Source: Octopus sinensis | Taxonomy: Eukaryota | Assembly (NCBI RefSeq): GCF_006345805.1 | Contig: NC_043017.1 | Span: 15,748,001 to 15,812,000 of the forward strand | DNA: 64,000 nt | Direction: 5' to 3' | Part shown: positions 1-14,412 of the stretch, in pieces | How the letters are laid out: each line of letters begins with the position of its first letter | Numbering within the stretch: the first letter of the stretch is position 1 | Notes under the pieces: model-generated | What the model was told of the DNA's origin: nothing | Databases searched by the model: none | The model's input: the letters and a program-made list of their open reading frames with translations, nothing else | Position numbers and translations under genes: made by a program

Positions 1-468
1 GCGACTGATAATCACAACCTGATCCTATTTCCAATTCACATCGACTGAGGCTTTGAATGTAACCTTAGAAACAACATTTCTATCACTAGCAACAACTTGC
101 CCTCACCGTTAACTAGTCGGTCATATCGGCTCATTATATAACCAAACCTATGACTCAGTTATACTGCTTGCTTATTATATACAATAGCTACGTGAAAATA
201 TACACCATACTTCTACTCAGGCTTTTCTCTATTGAGTGCTTCTTTTATTAATCTTTGTCTTTATGTAAATTTAGAGATAAAAACACAAGTATCTGTGTGT
301 ATGTGTGTGAAAGACAATATAAAATCAAGTCTAGAATGAATGGTGCTAGGTATGTTTTTGCTTTTCTTTTTTCTTGTTTCATTTGGATGCTTATAATGTA
401 CAATTTCATTAATACACACACCCAGGGCATTACACAGTTTCTTCACTTTTGGTTAGTTTATGATGATG

Positions 469-499
<31 letters not shown>

Positions 500-829
500 G
501 TGTGTGTGTGTATTAAACAGACAGCAAATATTTTTAAAATCATTATTTAGAGTTTTGGAAATTATCTGTTTTTAATTTCTTTTGATGATGATGATGATGA
601 TGATGACTTTGGACATGAAATCTGCTTCAGCTCTGAAGAAACTGGGACCATTTTTTAAAAAGATTCAAATTATGTTTAAAATTTTGTAAAAAAAATGTTT
701 AATTCTGTAGGAACAAAAGTTTAAATCCCATCAAAGAGAAAGACAAGTATATCATAAGGATGACAACATTGGTTGTGTCTGGTTGATAAAATAGACATAG
801 TCGGGGAAGATTGTTATTATTATTATTAA

Positions 830-1820
830 GATGGCAAGCTGGCAGAATTGTTAGCAGATTGGGTAAAATGCTTTACAGCATTTCTTCCAACTTTACATTC
901 TGAGTTCAAATTCCACCAGTGTCAACTTTCATCGTTTGAGGATTGATGAAACACAAGTACCAGTCATGCACTGGGCGGTCAATGTAATCAGCTGGCATCC
1001 CCCCCCCCCTAAATTTTAGGCCTTCTGCCAATCATAGAAAGGAACATTATTCTCTCTATTATAGACTTTCGGGGCTTGAAATTTTGCAGTGGGGTGTAAG
1101 TTTATTACATTGACCCCAGTGCATGACTGGTACTTGTTTTATTGACCCTGAAAGGAGGAAAGGCAAAGTCTACATTGGCATAATTTGAACTCAGAATGGC
1201 AGAATTGTTACCATACCAGACCAAATACTTAGTGCCAGTTCCTCACCTCCTGAGTTCAAATGTTGCCAAAGTCAACTTTGTTTTTCACCTTTTTATGGAT
1301 TAATAAACTACCAAGAACTGGGATTGATGTAATCAACTCCTCCTTTCCCCCTGAAATTGCAGGCCTTGTGCCAAAATTTGAAACCATCATAAAACGGTTT
1401 GCCGAATTGTTCGTGTACGTCGAGAAGAAAACAATTAGGAGTATTTCTTCTGACTTTTTACATTTGGAGCTCAAATGCTGCTGGGTGTCACTTTGCCTTT
1501 CAAGCCTATTGGGGTCAGTAAAATAAAATACCAGTTGAGCACTGGGGCTGATGTAGTTGACTTGCTCTTCCTCTTGAAATTGATGGCTTTTTTCTCAAAT
1601 TTGAAACCCTTATTATTATTATTATTATTATGGTGGCTAGCTGCTGGACAAAATGCTTAGCAGTATTTTGCCCATCACCACGTTCTCAGTTCAAATTCTG
1701 CCTAGGTCAACTTTACCTTTGATCCTTTCGGGGTCAATAAGTCGAGTACTGGGGTTGATGTAATCAACTACCCCACCTCCAAATTTCAGGCCTTGTGCCT
1801 GTAATAGAAAGGATTATTAT
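830..1820. mobile_element. Cluster of five tRNA-derived SINEs, family A (orientation +,-,+,+,+)
   Basis: Recurrent GGCAGAAT.GTTAGC...GAGTTCAAAT...CTTTCATCCTTT.GGGGTC.ATAA...AGGCCTTGTGCC...(ATT)n. Other copies near 2570-2925, 4690-4860, 18400-18575, 19070-19295, 19590-19935 and 56200-56360. Confidence 0.85.
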
Positions 1821-1829
1821 TATTTATTC

Positions 1830-2210
1830 AGTAGTCTTATTTTTATCATGTGCTTTCACTGCACTACCAAGCACAGCTCTGTGTGCCTTGGGTATGTGCT
1901 GTAGTCTGCTGTGGTGCTCTTCTTTTTACTGTATTGAAAGTGTTTTATGTAGGATGTGTGCAGTGCCTCGAAGTGCCATATTCTGTGGGTTGTATACACT
2001 TGTAAGCCCTGGTGATTTTGTTATGTCTGAATGTTTTTTTGTTACCATACCTGATGCGCCTGCTCTGATAGGAATTCTTTCTGTTTTTAAGCTCCACATT
2101 CGAGTTGCCCCTAAAGAAACATTGTCATCTGTTGGTATTGATACATTGATTAGAAAGCATTTATATTCTGGTGGCAGAACCATTAGCATGCTGGACTAGT
2201 GCCATTTCGT
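1830..2210 (-). mobile_element. R4/Dong-like non-LTR retrotransposon 3' end (restriction-like endonuclease region)
   Basis: KCFLINVSIPTDDNVSL...TRMWSLKTERIPI...NMALRGTAHILHKTLSIQ*, followed by an (ATA)n tail. Confidence 0.7.
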
Positions 2211-3299
2211 TTGTCCTTTTTGTTCTCAATTCCAATTTGTAACCCATTTCTCTACCAGTTTATTGAGAGTATTGATGATATTGTTTACGTTGAGGTGTTC
2301 TAATGAATAAATAAATAAATAAGATGCTGTTTACTTCCCAATTTTTTTTTTTACCTTATTCTATTAATAACTGACATTACTCACATCAACTAAAATCTTA
2401 ATCCCCTCTTTCTCTCTCTCTTTTTTATCTTTTAATCCCTTAATCTGCTGGATTTAATCATTTACTGTCTCATCAAAAACCTTTCATCTTTTCCAACATG
2501 ATGCTGGTGATTAATATTAAAATAAAAAATATTAAAAACAATAATAATAATATTATAATAATAAATGATTCTTTCTAATTTTGGCACAAAGCCAGCAACT
2601 TCGAAGGTGGGGGGGGATCGATTACGTTGACCCCAGAGTGCAACTGCTGATTGTTGACCTAAAAAGATGAAAGGTAAAGCCAACTTTGTTGGAACAGAAA
2701 ACCAGAAGAAATGCCACTTAGCCATTTTGTCCAGCAGTCCTTTGTACAAGGCCTAAAATTTTGAGGGGAGGGGCTAGTTGCTTATACCAACCCCAGTACT
2801 TCTTTTATCATCTCCATAAGGGATGAATGGCAAAGTTGACCTCAGTGGTGTTTGAACTCAAAATATAAAGATGAACAAAATGCTGCTAGACATTTTGTCC
2901 AATGCGCTATTGACTCTGCCAGCTCACCACATAAATGATAATGATAATAATAATAATGGTCCCCCCCCACCCATCAATTTCAAAGTATGAGTGTTTGAAG
3001 GAAGGGCTTTAAAAAAAATTAAAAGAAGCTGCATCTGTTTGTGATGGATGTGTGTGAGTCCGTACCTGGATTTTGCTATGGAGTCACAATGGGAACACTG
3101 ATGAATTTGATTTAGCCTGGAATTGGACAAATGTGTCCGGTGCTTGCAGGATATAATTCTTTTATTATTTCTTCAACTCAGATTGTTTAGATGCATCATG
3201 ACACATTCTATGCCACTCAGATCAATCTCAGCAATAACATTCCCAAGATGTTAAATGGCACTGTAAGGATTTTAGTGACTGTTTCAACTTACCCTTATA

Positions 3300-3470
3300 C
3301 CTAAGGATGGGTCTTCCCTTTACTCCAGAACCCCTTCACTTGTTGGCCATACAAAAAAATTTTCAGAATGTGATCATCTTTCGTTTGAACAACATGTCCT
3401 GCCCATCTGCTCTGTTTTCTCAACAGCATGCTTTTGATAAAGGAAATATCACATTTCCTAAAAGTTTTGA
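3300..3470 (-). mobile_element. Old RTE-like LINE 3' ORF relic
   Basis: SMLLRKQSRWAGHVVQTKDDHILKIFLYGQ resembles the RTE C-terminal QLRWAGHV...PKxLLYGEL motif. Confidence 0.65.
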
Positions 3471-6400
3471 CATTTGATCTCTTACCATTTGATGATGATG
3501 ATGCAAAGCTGGAAGCACCATTAACATAAAGAGCTGAAGATAGTTCTGAGTGGTTGGCCATTAGTGAAATCTAATTCTTACAGTTTTACATGGAAGTCTG
3601 AACAAAGTTTCCTGTTGTCAAAGTCTGTTGATGCTGTTGTCCTTGATGAAGCAGATCTGTAATCAAAGCATTCCCATCACGACCATCTCATATTGTTTTG
3701 AGGAATAGGGTACCCCCCCCCCAGCCTGTATTATTAAGATAATGGTTTGAAGGCATCTTCCTGGAGGCTAAGGTGTTGCTCTAATGATCGTGTTTGGCTT
3801 CAATTCCTGGACTGGGCAGTGTGTTGTGTTCTTGAGCAAAACTCTTCATTTCACATTGCCCCAGCCAACTCAACTGTAGATGAGTAACTTTGCAATAGAC
3901 TGGCATCCCATGCAGGGAAATGTGGTGATCTCAGCCACTTTGATGCCATGCAAAATGGGTAACCAGCTCTTACAAGTCCTACAACTTGAGACAGTAATGT
4001 CCATTGAGGGAGATTTGGCTGCTGTTTTCAATGGATCAAATGATAACTGCATAAAGGCTCTCTTGTTGGCTCTAAGAGGTACCAGGCGCGGGGGGGGGGG
4101 GGGATAGTGATATTTCCTGCTTGAAGATAATTGATGTTTAAATCGTTATCTCTCATCTGATAATTATTTGCTATTGTAGATGAGGTAAATTACTTTTGGT
4201 CTGTCTGTGTGTTGATAGGTCACATGGCCTGTTATAAATAGCAGCCAAGTATCAAATATAGAGATATCTTTGAATAAAAGCTAAGATGGTCATGGTTGGA
4301 GCATCTTTGATCATGAGGCGTAAACAACAGTGACATTATTGACTGAATGAGACTTAGAAGAACATTTTTTTTTTTTTTGACTACAATGAAGTCATTTCTG
4401 GGTTAAAATCTTGAAGGTAAGGAAGCACCAAAGAGCATTGGATCATTGTAAGAATCTGCTGAAGTTTCTTGCATGGTTTGGTCAAAAGTGGAAGATGGCA
4501 CAGTGCCCTCTGATGGCAAGAAGAGGCCATGACCTTTGGTTTGTTGCTTACAGTTTCCTGGATTAAACACAAGACTTATTTAACTCTGTCCGTTGTAATG
4601 CTTATTTATTCATATTGTTTTGAATGAATCATGAATTATCTTGTAACTTTAAGATTTCAATGATGTGATTGTATATCTTTAGAATGACAGCATTTCGTCT
4701 GCCCTTGTGTTCTGAGTTCAAATTCTGCCTAAGCTGACTTTCATCCTTTTGTAGTTGTTGATGAAATAGGCACCAGTTGAACACTGGGAGCCCAATGTAA
4801 TCAACTAGCCACCCACCCTGCTAAATTTCAGGCCTTGTGCCTATAGTAGAGAGGATAGTTTTAGAATGACATTGTAGGGTAGGTGTGAGATGCCAAATAT
4901 GGCTAGTTTGAACATGGAACAGGGAAAATATTTGGGTTGGATATGGCTGGTTTAAATACTGAAGGGTTAAACTGTGTGTGAAGGGATTTATTTGTGGTAG
5001 GGCTCAGTTTGAAACAGTGAATCCACAAAAGCCAGATTGTCACCTGACAACCAGTCATTTGACATTGACATTATGGTCAACCACTCACAATTCCAACAGT
5101 GGACTCTTTACACATGAAGACCAGATATTAATTCAACATTCCACTGTCCATCTTGGTACTTACATAATCCTGTGACACCATAATTACTGTTGCTGTTAAA
5201 TTCAAGGTCACCTTTGATCCTGAAGGCCCATGGTCAAAGATGTTCTGAACATAACTATCCAGAGAGAAATTTGGCTATTATGTTTTGAAAGTAAAGTAGC
5301 CGTGTGGAGGCTTCTTATTATACTTGTGGGTTGTGTTTTTAATTAAGATTACCTAATTAAAATTCAGAACATTATACAATGTTGAAGATAACATCATAAC
5401 TGGAATTATTACAAATAGACTTTGAAAAATGTTAGATTTCCTCTATTTTTTATTTACACACACACACACACTTATGTGTATATTGTGTATGTACGTATGT
5501 TTGTGTGTGTGTTTAGTGTAGACAGTCTATTTGTTGTCAGGTGTGATGTATTATCATTATCCTGTTTTATCTCAATCTCAGATTGTTGGTGACATTACAA
5601 CAGGTAAAATTAGGACGTAAGAAATAGGTGAGGAGAACTTCAATGTAGACACACACACACAGAAGGTCAGCAACAACAACAAGAGGATTACAGTGATTCC
5701 ACTTATTGTTACATAATAGGGGATCTAGCAATGGTAGCAGTTATGTTCAGGTCGTGTGTGTGAAGTGAGAGCCTGCAGATGATGGTCCTTAGTTTTGTTG
5801 TTGTTGTTTACATCTGAGTTAGTATGCTCCAGTGGCCCCATGTGACAGGTGAGTTTTGTGGATCAGTTGGTGAAGCCATAGAATGAGCAGCTCAGTCAGG
5901 GAGACAGCGAGTGAAACCAGTTGGTGACACCATGAGTGCTAGAAATAACAAAGCTGCCTTATCTCACATCACTATTCTCTTGAAGGAACATATCTAATAA
6001 TATAGATTCCCAGAGTCGAGAGAAAGGAAATACAGGATGGTGATGGGTGGCATATTTCTGATCATTGATTTACTCAACCAGGTCCAACACGGGGTTAAAT
6101 AACAACAAAATTACTCTTTGGAAACCTCCCTCTTCTGTTTCTTGTTTCCCAGCCTTTCAAACTGTAACCCCTTCACTAAATGTTCTTGTATTTTAATATA
6201 TTACTGTTGTCTTCTCCTTCAGGTTGTTGGAACCTTAACGTGGACCTTATTCTACCCCCAGATTCTTTGATTTACACATGGTGTTTGGTATATTCACAAG
6301 TGAGGTAGGCACAGGCTTTTCTTTATTGCTTATACTCTTGGTTTCTAGTCTAATAAATCACACACACACACACACTCTCTCTCTCTCATGCACATAGTCA

Positions 6401-8000
6401 ATCATATACTCTCCTCCCCACACACACACACATACAATCTCTCTTTCACTCTCTCTCTCTCTTTCACTCTCTCTCATTCTCTCTCTCTCTCTCTCTATCA
6501 CAATCTGATATAAAACTGAATCTGCAACAAATTACTTGTCAATTTGTGTGTTGTCAATTCATCATGGAATTAATTAGTATTTCTAATTCCTCACCCATCT
6601 TATTTCTCCATCTGTCTCTCTCCAGCATAACCTAGTTTAAGGGCAATTGATTATGTAATGGACTAATTAAGGACTTTGTTGTTACTGTGGAGGGTCTCAT
6701 CTCTGATGTCATATCTAACTAGAACAGAGTACCTCAGGTACCCTGTTTCTATTATGTTGCACACTTGGTGATGGAGGAGAGTTAATTAGCAGAACTTCAA
6801 TAGACTTAGTTGTGGAATGGACACTGAGTGCAGCTTCTATAGAGATGTGAAGTGGAGTAGAGGCTGTGAGAGGAGGTTCTAGATAAATTTGGTGATGGAA
6901 TAAAATAAGGCTGTCAAGGAAGTCTGTGTTATAATGTGACCAACTGACTGGTGTATGTTTAATGTTAACTTGTTGCAGCAGAAGTGATCTCATTACGAAA
7001 GACATCAGTTGTCAGTTGATGTATATTTAGGACAGATGCCTATATTCACAGTACAGTTGGTGCGTATATATATATATACATACACACACAGGAGAGATAA
7101 CTATATATATCTTCATCATCACCATTGTTTAACTTCTGCCTTCCATGCTAGCATGGGTGAGACAGTTTATATAATGTATATGTGTGTGTATATATATATA
7201 GTTGAGATAGAGACTACAGCAGATGTGTGTGTATATATAGAAAGAGAGAAGAGAAGAGAGATGACTGTTCTATATATAGACATGTGATGTGGATGGATGG
7301 TGAGTCATTTAATTTTTGACAGAAAAGGTAGAACACATGACTTGGTAAAGCCTTCAAGATGGGCTGGGGTGGGGACTGAGCAGAGAAAAGATCCTGTGAC
7401 CGATAACCATTGGTTAGGTGAGAATGTCTGCAACAGGGTGGACTCTATCAAAGCCACCCAATGGCCGGGTGGTGGTGGTGGTGATAAACTAGGAGGTAGA
7501 TTAAAGCTACCACTTAATAATAGGCTTGGACACAGTTTCCAGGTTGACCCTTGGTCAAAATGCAGTACAGCGAGATTGAACTCAGAACCATATGATTGTC
7601 CAAGGTAGACATAGGAACTAGTCACACAGTTAAATCTGATGATGACATGATGTCACAGCTTATGTTGGTTACCTGTCACATGACTGAGCTGTCCAACCAA
7701 CACAGAGAAGATGGAGTTTAAAAAGACGGCAGTGATAAATGGAGAAACCATTAAAGTTGTTGCAGAAGTGTTGAGAAAATACTGTTTATTCTAAATATAT
7801 ATGACTGACTGCCTGGCAGGGAACTAATTGTGGTCTGGTGTGTTAATTACAATGCCACTAATTATAACACTGAAGTCACTATTAACTACAACATCACATC
7901 TGTAAATAAGAGTCCTGACTGTGATGGATGGACGTAAATGTCACAGCTTTCAACATTTCAACATGTTGTAGATGTTAGCAGTTGGCTTCTACTCTGTACA

Positions 8001-8039
<39 letters not shown>

Positions 8040-10206
8040 AATTCTTTTTGAAACAGTTTAACTCGAAGCAGATAAAGCTATATAAATGGTAGCATGCAAA
8101 TAATGGGATAAAAACCCTTTGGATAACAAAAGTCAAAGGCTGCCTGTGAGGTTCAAACCCACAGCTCCTGTGAACATGACAGACTTTCAGCCACTGGACC
8201 AAAACACTTCTTAATACTAAAACTCTAGGGATGTTTGTTTGTACCTGAAATATCTCAGAAACAGTATATTTTATCTTAATTTTTTTTCATATTTATTTTC
8301 ATACTTAACTTCAGCAGTGCAGTACAAATTTTTGTGACATTTGGATCTTTATTAATGAAAACGAATAAACACAATTTTTGTTTGTTATTTCTTGACGAAA
8401 AAGAACATGGCTTCCATGACATCAACACACATACAGACTGCACACACATATAATGAATGTCATGGTGTATCGATCAACACAAATACACGTCTGCTATCCG
8501 TGACATATACAAACACATAGTCTTTGCGCTCTCTGAGAAAAAAAAAATACTTGATGTACACAATATTTTAATCATTTAGAAATATTTTTGACTGAATGTG
8601 ACTTCAAAAATGTAAGTTCTTTGTACAGTAAGTATTTTTATATTTTAGCTTTCTTTAAACAGACAATATTAAAATTTTTTTTTTTTATTATTTTGAAGTC
8701 ATTAATTTCTGTAAAAAATTTCTATTTATTTACTTTTGTTTTAAAGTGAAAGATGTATGTATGTGTATATGAAATGATGAATATATGTGAAAGAAAGAGA
8801 GTGAGTGAGTGAAGGGGTGTGTTGTCATGTATACATACATACATCAAAAAAATTTGGCTGCTATTTCTTACGTTCCCTGCTACCATGTAACAGCTATTTG
8901 CAATCAAAGGACCTGAAATACTTGAGTAGTAGCAGGGCATGCAAGAAATAGCAGCCAAATCTGGGGAAAGGAGCCGTTTACGTGTGATTCTGATGTCACA
9001 TTCATTGAAAGCATGTGAAGTAACCTGGGACAGAAAGAAAAACCCATGAAACAAAACTCCATTGCTGGGAAACTCAGACTTTCTAGGTGACCCGATGGGT
9101 TACAGGTAGTCTAGTATATAAATATACACACACCTACATAGTTTCTAGGGTTTTTTTACCCCCCCCTCCCCATGTGACAGTTATTTGAATGTCAGCTGAA
9201 ATACTTTGAGATATTTACTGTGGTTGTGTACATTCTGGTTTCTAATCCTGTTAAGATTTACTTAGCTTTCATCCTTCTGGAGGTCAATAAAATAAAGTAC
9301 CATTGAAGGGAAGTTGGATTAGCAAAATGGTTGGATGGGATTCCCTCTAGAACCTCTTCCAAGGCTTTGCATTCTGAATTCAAATACTTGCTTGTTGGTG
9401 TTAGACTAAGCAAAAGAGTAAGTCAACCACACTCTCCTGTCCCTTGAGGGCCTTTGACAGGATCTGCTCTATTGCAAGATCTCTGGTTTGCTGATTTCTG
9501 CCTCCTCCTCCTCCTCAGGTTATAGACACTACCTTCCTGTCTAACTGAACTGTATGATGGTGGTGGTGGGGTATTGTCATTGAACCTCCATGGTCCATGC
9601 TGACATAAGACAGTGTGAGCTTCTCTTGCGATGCCTGTTTTTAGTGAGGTGTTTCTTAATTTCTATCAAAGTAACTGAAACACCCCCTATTTTCAGTCAC
9701 TGAGTTAGTTTGTGAAATACATAAAATAATATTTCTTTCTTTTTTTATTCGATGACACTCTGTCTTTAATTAACTATTTAAAACTGAGGCTTTAAAGAAA
9801 TAGTAGAACTTATGTACAATGGAAGCTGTGTTGGATTAAAATAGCAACCTGTGTATCACACTTAATGCAAATACCAAATGCATCATATTAAATAACACAG
9901 AAATGTATGTCATCATCATCCTCATCGTTTAACTTCTGCTTTCCTTGCTGGCATGGATTGTACAGTTTGACTTGGGATTGGCAAGCCAGGGAACTGCACC
10001 AAGCTCCAGTCTGACCTTGCAAGGTTTCTACAGCTGAATGCCCTTCCTAATGCCAACCACTCCAAGTGTGTAGTGAATACTTTTTACATACTACCAGCAT
10101 GGGAGCCAGTCAAGCAGCAATGGCATCGACCACACTCGAATGGTGCTTTTTACGTGCCACCAGGATGGGAGCCAGTCTGGTGGGGCTGGCATTGACCACA
10201 CTCAAG

Positions 10207-10880
10207 GGCTTTCTCCATGTCAACGAAAGCTAAGTACAGAGGTTTATCTTTGGTTAGGTATTTCTCCTGCAGTTGTCTTACCAGAAATATAGCATCAGTG
10301 GTGCTTTTCCCTGGCACAAATCCAAACTACATCTCTTCTAAACTAACTCTCTCCATAATTAGTTGGGCTATGACCCTCTCTATGATCCAACAATTTGATA
10401 CCTCTGTAATTACTTGTATCTAGTGTGTCACCTTTACATTTGTAGCAGTTGACTATTATGCTGCTACACCAGTCATTGGGTGTAACTCCTTCATCTATCA
10501 CCTGATTGACTATACGGGTGACTAGACTATAGCCTACACTGCCAAATATTTTAAGCATCTCTGTGGTGATTCCTGATGGGTCGGAGGCTTTCCCTGTCTT
10601 CATACCCTTAATTGCTTTATCTACCAAGATACTGCCAGTTCGGATAGCTAGTCCTTCTGTTGGGTCAACTTTTAGCAACCTTTCCTAGTGGCGCCTCCAA
10701 GTCTCTCTCTTTTCAGCCTCATTAAATGCAAGTGAGCCATCATCCATGCAGACACATTTCTTTCCTACCACATCACGATTCTCTCTCACACACTGTCTTG
10801 CAACACGAAACACTTCAAGTCTTTGGTCCTCACAATGCAGAACATTGGCAAGTGTTTTTTCTTGTCAGCTTCATCTGTAG
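10207..10880 (-). mobile_element. RTE-clade LINE fragment (linker plus start of the RT domain), degenerate
   Basis: Pieces KAIKGMKTGKASDPSGITTEMLK, DWCSSIIVNCYKCKGD...NYRGIKLL, FGFVPGKSTTDAIFLVRQLQEKYL...LYLAFVDMEKA, with stops and frameshifts. Confidence 0.9.
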
Positions 10881-13800
10881 CAAATAAAAATCAGTCAACA
10901 GTGGTGGTGGGCATATTGGAGGATTTTGGATGTACACTTGTGCCTTTTTGTACTTCGTTAGCAACAGGTACCTGCTGGCATTTAAGGAAATGTTTTTAAG
11001 TTTTTAATAATATAAATTATATATATATGTGTGTGTGTGTGCATATATGGGTACAGGACGTCGCCAAGTGTGTAAACAACATGAGGTATGAAAACAAACG
11101 AGTTAAATACGCAAACAACAAGAGAAAACAATGGAAAACAGGACAAATAAACACAGAACAACACTTCATCAGTTGTCTATCTACTCCACATTTTGAGCAT
11201 TCAACGACAATATGAGTCTTCAAAGACAGTTGTTCCCATAAATTCCAAAATAACATTTAGAATTTATGGAGGGTCAAAGTTGGGAACAAAAACATGACAG
11301 TGGAGACATACAAGGAAACTGAACGAAAACAAACAAGGAGGGTCGTTAGACCAGAACGAGAGGAAAATATTGAATGCTGGGAGAAATATTTTCTTTGAAA
11401 AGAGAAAAGACAGAAGAGAGAGAAAGAAAATGTCCAGTCCTTAGAACATTGTGCTGGAAAAGAAAGATGGACGATGGTCACGTGTGATCAATGAGAGAGA
11501 GAAAGAGGGGGAGAGAGATACGGACAGATAGAAAATGGGGAAGGGGAGAAAAGGGAATTGGAGAAGGATGGGGGAAAGGAAACAGTATAGAGTTGCATCA
11601 AAATGGTTAAGATAAACTTACTTGGAAATGGATGCATGGCATTCTATTAAATAATACACACACACACACATATTTATGCATATATGGGTGCAGGACATCA
11701 CCAACTGTGTAATACTTTGAATGATTTTTAAAGATTTATGGAACAAAACTGTAAACCATAAGACACATAGATTGTAACGATACAGTTGAGGGGTCTTTGT
11801 AACGGCTTCTCATCAGTTGCTATTATGATGTAACGAGTGGTGATTGTCATTATACACCTATACCAAGGTTGTAATGACACAGATCACTGACTCTAATGAC
11901 AAAGCTCAGGTAAGGCCATTGCAACGTGTTGCTGCCTTCACCAGTTGTTGGTGTATTTTTGAGTCATCCGGGGCCACCTGTCAGTCATAGTCTCAGTCAG
12001 TCCCCATCCCCTCGAGATACCTCCTCATCTGCTGCGACCATGTGGCATGTGGGACCAATGCAAGCCATCAACCCAGCTGGATCCTCAATGAAGAGAACCC
12101 AGCAGGGTTGGAAAATCAAGCCACATGACCTAAGGGTCTGAGCCCAACTCACTCTCAATTGATCCATTGGCATGGGGAGTTCTAATAGCTCCACAGTTGA
12201 GCAGCAATAAGAAAGTTTAACTTGGTCACCTCTGTCTTTGATCTGGAGTCTCAACTGCCAACTGATTCTTCTTCGCTTAGAAAGCCTGACCAGTCTTTCT
12301 ACTTCCATTTTATCTTCATTGAAATTCAGATACAATTATTTGGGTCTGTCTTTTGGACTTATTCTCTGATTCAATTGCCTTCTATCTCTTTACTGTGTTG
12401 TATTAGGAATTATATTAAAATATTTTGTGTATTATAGAAGTAAAACTAATTTATTGCAGATAAATTTTGAACACCAAAATCTCATCAGAAACTCTTGGGA
12501 CCATATGGACCGTTGTTGAGAACCATTGGTGAAGATTACGATTATATTGAGAATGTTAAAAAAAAATGGTTTGTGTGGGTGAGGAGTTTTGGGTCATTTT
12601 CCCCCTTCCTTCTAGCTCTTTGTAAGCGACATTTTAGGGAAATAGGTTTTCCATGGGTGTAGTTTACACAAGGGTGATGGTTCAAGATGGTTCAAACATA
12701 GAAATATGAGAACAAAAACCAAATGGAAGAAATAGTTGGTGTAACAACATTGCAAGTGAGAACAGTGATCCAAAACGCCAAGCCAATTATTTTCTTTTCT
12801 CAGTGTAATTGTAATCTACACTTTTCAACAAGAATCTCTACAAAATGTTATTTAAAAAATATATTTCAGAAAACCATAAGGAACTAAAATCTGGTGAGTT
12901 TGGTGAGCAACAAGCTGTAGATGTATCATATATATATATCTATGTTTGTTTGTTTGTATTCAACTATAATATAAGCAACTTTACATTAATCTGAAGGGCT
13001 GCTCTATACTTTTGTAGGGTACAGATTTATTATTCTTGAACAAGATTATTATTGACAGTGACTTCAAAGTTTCAACCATTTCTCATCAGAATGTTTAAGT
13101 GGCTGAGACTTCCACATCCACTGTCAATAATGTTCTACATCTTTGCTGATCACCAAACAATGAAAACAGCTGCTGGCAGACAAAGTAGAGACTCAAAGAT
13201 TGCTGCAATATTCGTTTTAGATTTCATATTCTTCCAAATACATTTCATTGTTTGTCTTTCTCGGTTCTTTTCTTTTCTTTTTCTTAATTTCTGTTGTCAA
13301 ATGTCAGGTAAAATAAGAGATTACCTTTCTTGTCTTTCTTGTTGACAAATGGAAACAAAACTGTTTGAAAACAAATTCCTGTCAAATTTATTCTAAGATC
13401 TGCTTTGGCGTGACTTTGTAGCAAGTATTTTCTGTCATAGCCCCAGGCTGGCCAAAGCCTTGCCAAGAGATTTGTTAGGCAGAAACTGAAAGAAGCTCAT
13501 CATATTATATATTTATTTATTTGGTGCTGCTCCCCGGCTTACCAGTTTTCAGTCAAACCGTCCAACCCATACCAGCATGAAAAGCGGATGTTAAATGATG
13601 ATGATGATATCCCCACCTTCTCAAAACTTGTCTTGCAAGTTACTTGGTGACCATAAAAAGCATCCAGTCCACACTGTGAAGTGGTTGGCATTTGGAAGGA
13701 CATCCAGCTGTAAAACCCATGCCAAAGCTGAATTACCTGTGCTGGTGCTATGTAAAAAGCACTCAGCCCACTCTGCAGGGTGTTAGGAAGGGCATCCAGC

Positions 13801-14200
13801 TTTGAAAACCTTGCCCAAACAGACTTGGTAGCCTGGGGTAGTCTTCTTCTACCTGGCCATCTCCTGTCAAACTGTCCAGCCCATACCAGCATGGAAGGCG
13901 GACATTAAGTGATGATGATGGTGTGTGTGCGCACGTGCGTCTGTGTGTGTGTGTTTTGACATTGTGTGATACTTGTAAATGCATGTTAGCATCATGCAAG
14001 CGGGAAATATTACCTTAGTTGGCAACAGGTGAGCGTTGGTGACAGGAAGGGTATCTGCCCATAGAATAATCTGTCGACAAATTCTGTCTGATTCATGCAA
14101 ACGTGGATGTTTTAATTGGTGGTGGTGCCATGCATTACTGAGAACATTGGGGGAACACAGGTTATTACAAATCAAAAACAATGTAGAAATTATTATTTAA

Positions 14201-14412
14201 CCCTTTCATTACCAACCCGGCTGAAACTGGCTCAGAGTATAAATGTCTTGTTTTCATAAGTTCTGAATTAAAATCTTCCACCAAACCTTAATCACAATTT
14301 GTTCCTAACACTAGCTGAATGATAATGAAGTTATTTTTCTAAATTCTTTGTTATATTTAAAGTAATTGAAAGAAACACAGAGCATCTCAAAATAAATACA
14401 GTAACAAAAGGG
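14201..14412. mobile_element. piggyBac-like MITE
   Basis: TTAA-CCCTTTCATTAC ... GTAACAAAAGGG-TTAA. Confidence 0.85.

Noticed and set aside
7975-8202. tRNA-like sequence on the minus strand
   Set aside because: Only degenerate A and B boxes without a cloverleaf, so it is a SINE head. I found no true tRNA or rRNA gene in the window.
11040-11460. Repeat-like segment with CTGATGA on the minus strand, possibly a Penelope terminus
   Set aside because: I could not build the hammerhead stems or a diagnostic peptide, so it is left unclassified.
11926-12335. Overlapping 71-112 aa ORFs in GC-richer DNA
   Set aside because: No recognisable homology or convincing splice sites. Probably an old transposon remnant.
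13054-13095. Minus-strand CTGATGA...GAAA...GTC hammerhead-like motif
   Set aside because: Stem II has only two weak pairs and stem I has a mismatch next to the core, which is compatible with chance.
13291-13324. Apparent 34-nt GT-AG intron that would give a neat lysine-rich C-terminus
   Set aside because: Too short for a typical animal spliceosomal intron, and there is no independent support.
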